Shown here: piece by piece, positions 1 to 7,185 of the stretch | How positions within the stretch are numbered: position 1 is the first letter of the stretch | How the letters are laid out: the number at the start of each line of letters is the position of its first letter | From: Bacteriovoracaceae bacterium | GTDB lineage: Bacteria; Bdellovibrionota; Bacteriovoracia; Bacteriovoracales; Bacteriovoracaceae | Length of the DNA stretch: 20,000 nt | Direction of reading: 5' to 3' | Assembly: GCA_018649885.1 (NCBI GenBank) | Contig: JABIHA010000118.1 | Location: 48,644 to 68,643 of the forward strand | The notes under the pieces: generated by a model | What the model saw: the letters and a program-made list of their open reading frames with translations, nothing else | Database searches by the model: none | What the model was told of the DNA's origin: nothing | Made by a program: the position numbers and the translations under genes

Positions 1-612
1 GCTGGTAAGGCAATTAGTGAAAGGTTGGCCCAAAGTAGTGAGATCGCTGATGGGGTAGGCACCTTTAAAATGGAATTTAAAAAGATTCGAGACAATATGA
101 GCTCGGCCAAAATGAGGCTGCTGCAAGCAATTGATCAAGCACTTGTGTTCCAAAGAAGTAATGATTTTGAACCTCACCAGCTTGAGCACACTTTTAATAG
201 AATTAAGACAATGGCCAAAGACTTAGACCAATTGGTTTGTACTTTTGAAAAGCAGCTGGTCCAGTTTGATGTACAGATGACAAAACTTAGAATGGTCTTA
301 GAGTCACATGATGAAATGGGTACTAACTTTTCAGAAAATCTAGAAGCAGTATATAAATATCATTCAGGGCTTGAAGCAGATAGACGAAACCTTTCTGGAG
401 AAACAAAGTACTTTGAAGATAGACTCGTTCTTCTTATGAACAATATGTTTGAGTTCTACAAAGAAGTTAGATCCAATGTTCATTTCAGCGCTAAACTTGC
501 TGAAGAGTCACTGCAATACAATGAAATTCTACAAGTTGTAAAAGAAGAGAAGGGCCAGACTGCCGTGAAGATTGAGCGTCAGGGCCTTGCTGAAAAAATT
601 CCTACTGTATAA
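1..612 (+). CDS. Hypothetical alpha-helical/coiled-coil protein, probably 5'-truncated by the window edge
   Basis: Frame 1 is open from base 1 (GCT GGT AAG GCA ATT AGT GAA AGG TTG...) to TAA at 610-612. The product is rich in E/K/Q/L/M with heptad-like spacing, and no family motif was recognised. Confidence 0.6.
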   Translation, partial: AGKAISERLAQSSEIADGVGTFKMEFKKIRDNMSSAKMRLLQAIDQALVFQRSNDFEPHQLEHTFNRIKTMAKDLDQLVCTFEKQLVQFDVQMTKLRMVLESHDEMGTNFSENLEAVYKYHSGLEADRRNLSGETKYFEDRLVLLMNNMFEFYKEVRSNVHFSAKLAEESLQYNEILQVVKEEKGQTAVKIERQGLAEKIPTV

Positions 613-625
613 AAAACCATTAATC

Positions 626-647
626 AGGACGCTGATACAAGCGTCCT
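626..647. terminator. Hairpin between convergent genes, possible bidirectional terminator
   Basis: Perfect 8-bp inverted repeat AGGACGCT-gataca-AGCGTCCT at the junction of two convergent stop codons. T-runs occur on both strands but are offset from the stem. Confidence 0.45.
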
Positions 648-1647
648 AGCCTCTTTTTAGAATCTGCTTAACTCTCATAAATTGATCTGTATTAGTTATG
701 GTCTTTGGACCAAGTGAGGCACGTGACGCCATGATGTGCATTTGTCTCACTCTCTCTTCACTTGGTGGATGAGTACTCATAGCATCGGCAAAAGGTTTAA
801 AGGCTTGGTTTTTAGTTCTTTTATAGTTCTTCTCCATTGACAGAAGTTTAGTATAAAAACTTCCCACATGATCTTTATGGTAGCCGGCATTGACTGAAGT
901 TCGAAAACCAATACGGTCAGCTTCCATTTCGTCTTCTCTAGAGTTGGCCATAAATGCAAATTTTTGAATTAAAAGTCCGCCTGCAGTTCCTGCCAGTCCT
1001 CCGTAAAGAGCGGCCCTTGCCATACAGCCCTTATCCCCTTTTTTACAAAGAAGCTTTCCAAGCCCAAAGCCAGCAGCGCCTCCAAGAAGGGCCCCGCCAA
1101 GTCCGTAAAGGATACTCTTTGTGGATTCTTTTTTTTGTTGCTCCATTCTCTCTGCGGTATGTCTCGCCTTAACGTGCCCAATTTCATGGCCAACAACTCC
1201 TGCTAGCTCAGCTTCTGAGTCGGCCATGGCAAGTAGAGGTGCAGTTACCATCACAGTGCCCGCAGGAAGAGCAAATGCATTAACAAATCCCGCTTTTACT
1301 ACGGTAAAATTATAAGTATATGGCTTTGCATGAAGACCGTTGGCCATGACAATTTTGTTTCCAAGGGTCGCGATATATCTTTGTGCCTCTCTGGAAGGAT
1401 GAGTTGGATATTCCTTTCTCATTTGAGGCAGATACTCTCTGGACATGCGCTTTTCATCTTCAACGCTCATGGCTGTTTTCTGCCCTTTGTTGTCACCTTC
1501 TCTATGTCTGTGCTTTGATCTGGAAGAACAACCTGTAAGAAGGAGAGGGACTGAGATTATAAAGGCCCTTCTACCCTGGTCTGTTGAAACCAGCTCTTTT
1601 AAATTTTTTTCAAGTTCATTGAGGGCGTGCTCTTCAGAAATATACAT
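646..1647 (-). CDS. M48-family zinc metalloprotease (BepA/LoiP-like), predicted lipoprotein with twin-arginine-like signal
   Basis: Motifs NAFALPAG, ELAGVVGHEIGH (HExxH at 1174-1188), EMEADRIG (third Zn ligand) and STHPPSEER. N-terminus GRRAFI...LLLTG|C40. GGAG Shine-Dalgarno (SD) at 1658-1661 on the minus strand. Confidence 0.9.
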   Translation of the reverse strand: MYISEEHALNELEKNLKELVSTDQGRRAFIISVPLLLTGCSSRSKHRHREGDNKGQKTAMSVEDEKRMSREYLPQMRKEYPTHPSREAQRYIATLGNKIVMANGLHAKPYTYNFTVVKAGFVNAFALPAGTVMVTAPLLAMADSEAELAGVVGHEIGHVKARHTAERMEQQKKESTKSILYGLGGALLGGAAGFGLGKLLCKKGDKGCMARAALYGGLAGTAGGLLIQKFAFMANSREDEMEADRIGFRTSVNAGYHKDHVGSFYTKLLSMEKNYKRTKNQAFKPFADAMSTHPPSEERVRQMHIMASRASLGPKTITNTDQFMRVKQILKRG

Positions 1648-1720
1648 GGCTTTCCATCTCCAGTAATTAATTTTTGCAATTGGTATAAGTATTGTAGTGT
1701 AAGCGATTTTACTTCTCTAG

Positions 1721-2356
1721 TCACATAACCAGAAAATCCAACAATTTTTGACAACTTTTTTGGAGGTGCTCTAAGTCGCCACTATTATCAACAATGTAGT
1801 TAGATAGTGACTTTTTTTTCTCTATGTCCATTTGGCTTTGAAGAATTTTTTCGGCCAGCTGAGTCGTGGTACCGTCTCTTTTAATCAGTCTTTCAATTTG
1901 AAGTGATCTTGGTGAATAAACACAGATGTGGAAATCGACCTTTTGGTATAAGTTTTTCTCATATAAAAGTGGGACATCGTAGACTACAAAGCCTTGTTCC
2001 TGGAATTGTACGAGGTTATCAGAAAAAATCTCCTCCATTTGAGGATAAAGAAAATTTTCTAATTTTTCCAAATGCTTTGGATTGTTGAAAGCAAGACTTC
2101 TCAGGGCCTCAAAACTAATTTGATCATTCGTGATGACTTGTGGAAAAGTCGTTTTAATAAAATCAAATGTTTGATCTTTTTGATAAATAGTCTTGATCAT
2201 TTGATCAGCACAAATTGTACGGATATTTTTTTCATTTAAAAATTTTGAAACACTAGATTTTCCCGTGGCGATGCCACCACTCAGTGCGATGAGAGGAAGC
2301 GGGCAATTGTAGTGCCTTTTTTCAGGAGTAAGTGTTACTAATTTTTGATTTAACAC
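1721..2356 (-). CDS. coaE: Dephospho-CoA kinase
   Basis: P-loop LSGGIATGKS, motifs VVYDVPLLYE, QIERLIKRDG, SQMDIEKK and IVDNSG. The GTG start overlaps the mazG stop. Confidence 0.93.
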   Translation of the reverse strand: MLNQKLVTLTPEKRHYNCPLPLIALSGGIATGKSSVSKFLNEKNIRTICADQMIKTIYQKDQTFDFIKTTFPQVITNDQISFEALRSLAFNNPKHLEKLENFLYPQMEEIFSDNLVQFQEQGFVVYDVPLLYEKNLYQKVDFHICVYSPRSLQIERLIKRDGTTTQLAEKILQSQMDIEKKKSLSNYIVDNSGDLEHLQKSCQKLLDFLVM

Positions 2357-3150
2357 AATTTTTCACTTTTTTTGGCTAAATTCCAATAGTCTTCTTTCTC
2401 ATTAGAGGAAAGCTCTAAAAAATTCACCCCGTGATCTTTTGAAATTTCTACCATTTTTTCAAATCTTCTAATAAATTTGGCATTGGCATCCCGAAGTAGC
2501 TCCTCAGGGTTCAAATCGAGATGTCTGGCAAGTTGTGCGGTGGAAAAAAGTAGGTCTCCTAACTCTTCTGCGGCCCTTTCTTTATTATACTTTCCATGAG
2601 GCGGAAGCTCTTGTTTTAATTCCTGCCACTCCTCTTCAACTTTTGGAAGTACCTCTAAAAAGTTATCCCAATCAAAATCAACTTTTTTACTCTTTTGACC
2701 TATTTTATATGATGAAAAAAGTGCGGGAAAGGCTAGGAGCTCACTATTCATCTGGGCCAGGGGATCACTTCCTTTTTCTTTTTGCTTGAGCTGATCCCAG
2801 TTTTTTACAACTTCCTCGGAGGATATAGACTCATCTCTATTTTTAAAAACATGGGGATGTCTATATATCAATTTATCCGCCAATTTTTTTGCGACAGACT
2901 CCATATCAAAATGACCATTTTCGCTGGCAATTTTAGCGTGCAGCAGAACTTGGAGTAAAACGTCTCCAATTTCTTCTTCCATTTGAGAAGACTCTTCTTG
3001 TTCTACTGCATGGATAAACTCGTAACTTTCTTCGGTGAGGTACTTTAAAAGACTTTTGTGGGTTTGTTCAAGATCCCAGGGACAGCCGGAGGCAGGGTCT
3101 CTTAGCTTGGCCACCACATCAATCAATTTCTCAAGTTCAGGATAATTCAC
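2350..3150 (-). CDS. mazG: Nucleoside triphosphate pyrophosphohydrolase MazG (tandem-domain)
   Basis: Motifs LRDPASGCPWDLEQT, EEEIGDVLLQV, KLIYRHPHVF, FDW, EELGDLLF and ANAKFIRRF. GTG start with AAGGTG SD upstream. Confidence 0.96.
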   Translation of the reverse strand: MNYPELEKLIDVVAKLRDPASGCPWDLEQTHKSLLKYLTEESYEFIHAVEQEESSQMEEEIGDVLLQVLLHAKIASENGHFDMESVAKKLADKLIYRHPHVFKNRDESISSEEVVKNWDQLKQKEKGSDPLAQMNSELLAFPALFSSYKIGQKSKKVDFDWDNFLEVLPKVEEEWQELKQELPPHGKYNKERAAEELGDLLFSTAQLARHLDLNPEELLRDANAKFIRRFEKMVEISKDHGVNFLELSSNEKEDYWNLAKKSEKLC

Positions 3151-3159
3151 AACACACCT

Positions 3160-3197
3160 TTGACAATACAGCTCTTACTTTTTATACCAAGGTATAA
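3160..3197 (+). promoter_or_regulatory. Putative sigma70-type promoter for ybeY with overlapping palindrome in the mazG/ybeY divergent gap
   Basis: TTGACA (3160-3165), a 17-nt spacer, then TATACC (3183-3188, a weak -10). Perfect inverted repeat TTATACC-AA-GGTATAA at 3182-3197. Confidence 0.4.
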
Positions 3198-3219
3198 GAT
3201 ATAAGAATCAGGGCATTTT

Positions 3220-3744
3220 GTGGAATTAAAGTCTAAAAAATTATCCTTTTCTATCAGCTACCCTGTCCAGCTGGGAATCGCTGGTTTTGAGCAAAAACTA
3301 GAGGGTCTTCTAGTTGTTTTGGAAGAATTTTTAGAGCGCGAAAGTTTATTACACGAGAAGTTAAAAGAGATGGTGAAAATCTCTCTAAGTATTTGTTTTT
3401 GTGATGAGGAAACCATCCACTCCTTTAATAAAAAATATCGAAATAAAGACAGCGTAACCGATGTGCTCTCTTTTCCCGTTCACGGTGGTCTTAGGCGTGA
3501 TGATCAATTATTAATTGGCGGTGCAGATCAACTTGAGCTTGGTGATATTATTATTTGTGTGGGACGGGCCACTGCTCAGGCCGGGGAGTTTGAGGTAACA
3601 CTCGAAAATGAGCTCATTCATTTAATCATTCACGGCTTTTTGCACCTTTTGGGCTTTGATCATGAGGTGTCAGATGAAGAACAAGAGGTGATGAACCGTT
3701 TAGAGGAATCACTCGTTATTAAAATCCATCATTATTTTAGGTAG
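3220..3744 (+). CDS. ybeY: rRNA maturation endoribonuclease YbeY
   Basis: Motifs NKKYRNKDSVTDVLSFP, LGDIIIC and HGFLHLLGFDH (HxxxHxxxxxH metal site). Confidence 0.95.
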   Translation: MELKSKKLSFSISYPVQLGIAGFEQKLEGLLVVLEEFLERESLLHEKLKEMVKISLSICFCDEETIHSFNKKYRNKDSVTDVLSFPVHGGLRRDDQLLIGGADQLELGDIIICVGRATAQAGEFEVTLENELIHLIIHGFLHLLGFDHEVSDEEQEVMNRLEESLVIKIHHYFR

Positions 3745-3781
3745 TTAGCTCCTATCTTTTCTGAAAAATTTACTCTATTTT

Positions 3782-3829
3782 TGATAAAATCTTAAGCAAA
3801 TTGCAAGGCGTGATATGGTGCGTCAGAAT
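3782..3829 (+). promoter_or_regulatory. Candidate promoter(s) for the 706-aa gene
   Basis: Extended -10-like TGATAAAAT at 3782-3790. Alternatively TTGCAA (3801-3806), 17 nt, CAGAAT (3824-3829). These are pattern matches only. Confidence 0.25.
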
Positions 3830-3867
3830 ACTTAAGCCCTTGGTGTGCTTAGGAAACGGAGCCTTTT

Positions 3868-5988
3868 ATGTCGTTGCGGTTGTTAGCTGTTTTCCAGCTT
3901 CTTTTTATGCAATTTTCTTATGCTGAAATTGGAAATATTAATGTTGAAAGGTTTGAAAACAAGCTTGATGAAAAAGAGATATTCAAATTTTATAGTCCCG
4001 AGGCTTTATCCAAGTTAGTTGGATTATTTGAGGAAAGGATAATTGAAATGTCTGCTATTTTAGATAGAGACAAAAAATCAAATGGTAGTGAGCTATCAAA
4101 AAAAGAACGTGAGGACTTGGAAGAGCTTCTTGAAAACTACAAGTCTTCCCTTGTTATTTTAAGTACCGATATTGCAGCTGCAACTAACAATAGGGAACTT
4201 TCAAGGATCTATAAAAGTGGCAAGCGGATGATCTTTGCTCTCAGTAAAGATGAATTAAAGCCGCAATATTTTAAGCCAGGAGCACTTCTTGGCCTAATTT
4301 TTTCTCCCCGTGTAAAGCTCAATTATGTAGAACCAAGCTTAGTTGGAACAAAAGTGAAATCCTTTAAGGTTGCCGAAAAAGAAGCCCGAAACTTAGTAAG
4401 AGTAGAGGAAGGTGGAATCCGAAACTCCATGGATATAACAGGAATTATTGGTCAAACAATTGATGAAATTTCTCGCCTTGAAATTCCTAGAAACCACACA
4501 CATTTTTACTCTAATACCTATTTAAAATCACACTCCGATACATGGAGTGAATTAGAACAAAAGGTTGAAAAAGCTGCGTCAATTTTTCTTTCGAGCGATG
4601 AGGGGAAGCATAAACTAAAAGAGTCACAAAGATATAGTTTGGATAGTGCCAGGAAAGTTTTATTTTTCAGCAAGGTCAAAGATTCTGCCACAGGAGCCAA
4701 AATTAATACAAAAGATATTTTTGGGCTCAAGTGGAAAATGAAATGGGGCTCTGAAGTTCAAACAGAGCCAGTGGCTAACAGAATGTATATGAAACTGGGA
4801 ACTAAGTTTGTCGACCTTCTCTATGTTTCTCATTTTCAAAAATCACCTCAGTATTTAATCCTTGATGAGGAGGATGATATTGATGAAATGAAAAGATCTG
4901 ATTTTAAAAAGGGATGTAGAAGTGCGGCTAGTGTAGAGGGCTTCATCACATGCTTAAAAAAATCTAAGTATCACTATGATATAAAGCCATATATCAAAGA
5001 AAGCGGCATCATTGATTATCAATATTTTAAAACTAAGCTAAAGCCACTTCTTCCAGAAACAGGAATATCTTATAAGAAGATTAAAGAGAAGTTTTTGGGC
5101 AGGCCCTATATTCTTTTAACAGAATCATTGGTGGAATTTCAGGGAGATACAAATTTTATTAAAAGAGTTGGTCCAGTGGCCTTTCATGGCCTAGGAGCTG
5201 AAAAAGATAGGGTGGCAAGAGGTATGGCGCTTTTTAATGTCTTTTTAAATAATAAAGATGCTAAGGCCCAAAATAATAAAGCCTTTTTGTTTCTCTCAGA
5301 TGAGATGAGGTATTACGAAAACCAACATGATATTGGAGCAGTTTTTGGAAATCTCTTTTACGAGGGAAAAATTAATCTGATGCAAACGGGTAAAAAATTT
5401 GCAAAGGTCATAAGGGTACCTGGGAAGAACCAATATGGACTGAAAAATAAGAAAGTTCGTTTTGCAGGATTTTATATTTTCAAGCCCAAGGCCTGGAAAG
5501 CTGCCACCCCTGCAGATCTTCTTTGGATGGCGAGAAAAATAAGCTCCATAAGTGATACAGAGTTTAAAGAAATGGTGAGCCACACTCTTTGGCCTGACTT
5601 TGCCCAAGCAGTATATGTCTATAAACTTAAGGCAAGAAGAAATAGAATTGCAAAACTTTACGGTTTGGAAAAACTTGTAAAAGGTGAAATTAATGAAACT
5701 TTATCGTTTGATCCTATTGATCTTTCAACTGATAGCGCTAGGGCCAAGGCTGCTTTTAAGTACTCCATACCCAAAGAAAAAATAGTCGAGTTGATGAGTG
5801 ATAAAAAGCTTATTAAGTCTGATGGAAGTAGTCAGTACCATGACCCAGTTGTGACTGATAACAAGCTAACATCTTGTCGCAAAAATATCCTGACCGGGCT
5901 GATCGAGCAGTATTCCCATCCAACAGGAGTTTACAGAAGGCTAATTCGGATATTTGACCAACGCGGCTTAGGGAAGTGCCACCTCTAG
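3868..5988 (+). CDS. Exported hypothetical protein with atypical protein-kinase-like (PKL-fold) catalytic motifs
   Basis: 706 aa with a Sec-type signal peptide (MSLRLLAVFQLLFMQFSYA|E). Motifs in kinase order: SATGAKI, KWKMK292W, EVQTE300, NNKD464AKAQN469 (DxKxxN) and HD488IG (DFG-like). The ORF is certain; the kinase assignment is by motif reading. Confidence 0.65.
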   Translation: MSLRLLAVFQLLFMQFSYAEIGNINVERFENKLDEKEIFKFYSPEALSKLVGLFEERIIEMSAILDRDKKSNGSELSKKEREDLEELLENYKSSLVILSTDIAAATNNRELSRIYKSGKRMIFALSKDELKPQYFKPGALLGLIFSPRVKLNYVEPSLVGTKVKSFKVAEKEARNLVRVEEGGIRNSMDITGIIGQTIDEISRLEIPRNHTHFYSNTYLKSHSDTWSELEQKVEKAASIFLSSDEGKHKLKESQRYSLDSARKVLFFSKVKDSATGAKINTKDIFGLKWKMKWGSEVQTEPVANRMYMKLGTKFVDLLYVSHFQKSPQYLILDEEDDIDEMKRSDFKKGCRSAASVEGFITCLKKSKYHYDIKPYIKESGIIDYQYFKTKLKPLLPETGISYKKIKEKFLGRPYILLTESLVEFQGDTNFIKRVGPVAFHGLGAEKDRVARGMALFNVFLNNKDAKAQNNKAFLFLSDEMRYYENQHDIGAVFGNLFYEGKINLMQTGKKFAKVIRVPGKNQYGLKNKKVRFAGFYIFKPKAWKAATPADLLWMARKISSISDTEFKEMVSHTLWPDFAQAVYVYKLKARRNRIAKLYGLEKLVKGEINETLSFDPIDLSTDSARAKAAFKYSIPKEKIVELMSDKKLIKSDGSSQYHDPVVTDNKLTSCRKNILTGLIEQYSHPTGVYRRLIRIFDQRGLGKCHL

Positions 5989-6050
5989 CTCTACTCAATT
6001 TATGCAAGCCGTGATAGCTTGGTCTTTCATAGGTTTTGGAGGAAGATTCA

Positions 6051-7185
6051 GTGGATCAGACTATCGTAATTAAAATGGGTGAGTGCAAATCTAAATTTCC
6101 GGAATTTAAGGATAAGTTGAGTTTAATTCGGAGGTCACTTTGACATCGATAAAAGAAATAAAAGGTTAGCAGAAATAGTTGAGATGGAGTCTATGGAAGG
6201 CTTCTGGAATGACACTGAAAACGCCTCAAAAATACAAAAAGAAAAATCCATAAATGCCGAAACTGTCAAAATCTACACAGATCTAGAGGAAGTTCTCGAC
6301 GAATTTGAAATCCTTTGTGAATACGCTGATGCAGGAGACGAAGAGTCAGCTAATGAGGCCATAGAGCTTTTTCCTAATGTTGAAAAGCGTGTAGTAGAAG
6401 CCGAAGAGCGAGTTCTTTTATCTAAAGAGACCGATCCCAATAATGCCATTGTATCAATAAATGCAGGTGCAGGTGGAACTGAGTCGTGTGACTGGGCCAT
6501 GATGATCTCTAGAATGCTGACTAGGTATGCTGAGAAATTGGGGTTTAAAATCGAGACAATCGACGTTCAACCTGGAGATTCTGCAGGCATAAAATCTCAA
6601 ACTTTTATGGTCAATGGCCCTATGGCCTATGGAAAATTAAAGTCTGAGTCAGGGATTCATCGTTTGGTGAGACTTTCTCCATTTGACTCTGCCAATAGAA
6701 GGCATACTTCTTTTGCCTCAGTGTATGTGTCGCCTGAAATTGATGACTCTATCGAGATTGAAGTTGAGGATAAAGATCTAAGAATTGATGTTTACCGTTC
6801 AGGAGGTGCTGGAGGTCAGAGTGTAAACACCACAGATTCCGCTGTTAGACTTACTCACCATCCCTCAGGACTCGTGGTGACCTGCCAAAACGAAAGAAGC
6901 CAATTGCAAAATAGGCAAACGGCCATGAAAGTATTGAAATCGAGACTCTACGATCTTGAAATGGAAAAAAAGAGACAAGAGCAAAATAAGGTTGAATCCG
7001 AGAAAAAAGAAATTGGTTGGGGCTCACAAATAAGATCCTATGTTCTTCATCCTTATAAAATGGTCAAAGACCACCGAACTGGATTTGAAGTAAGCTCTCC
7101 TGATAAAGTTCTCGATGGCGATATAGCTCCCTTTGCCAAGGCCTATCTACACTGGGATGTGGGTAGCGATAAAGGAGAGTTTTAA
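6051..7185 (+). CDS. prfB: Peptide chain release factor 2, expressed by +1 programmed frameshift (join 6051..6140, 6142..7185; 377 aa)
   Basis: SPF motif (RLSPFDS), GGQ motif (GGAGGQSVN) and GWGSQIRSYVLHPY. GGAGGA SD at 6038-6043 precedes GTG 6051, which opens a 30-codon frame ending CTT TGA; an in-frame ATG at 6075 is an alternative start. The +1 frame from GAC 6142 is continuous with the 6184 ORF. Confidence 0.96.
6130..6144 (+). promoter_or_regulatory. RF2 autoregulatory +1 ribosomal frameshift site
   Basis: GGAGG-TCA-CTT-TGA-C: an internal SD 3 nt upstream of the canonical CTT TGA C shift site. Confidence 0.95.

Noticed and set aside
1680..1953. Repeated 11-mer TTGGTATAAGT (1680-1690 and 1943-1953), similar to half of the 3182-3197 palindrome
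   Set aside because: One copy is inside coaE coding sequence, and a short AT-rich match is compatible with chance.
777..2789. Short alternative-frame and antisense ORFs over the M48 gene, coaE and mazG (e.g. 954..1172, 1121..1315, 1445..1666, 2535..2789)
   Set aside because: They lie wholly or almost wholly within well-supported genes and have no motifs, so they are shadow ORFs.
4518..6007. Antisense ORFs 4518..4730, 5296..5607 and 5813..6007 as a possible antitoxin or immunity partner for the kinase-like gene
   Set aside because: They overlap the 706-aa CDS, have antisense-typical composition and show no recognisable domain.
6184..7185. prfB as an N-terminally truncated gene or pseudogene starting at ATG 6184
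   Set aside because: The upstream break is the canonical programmed frameshift (internal SD plus CTT TGA C), not a lesion.
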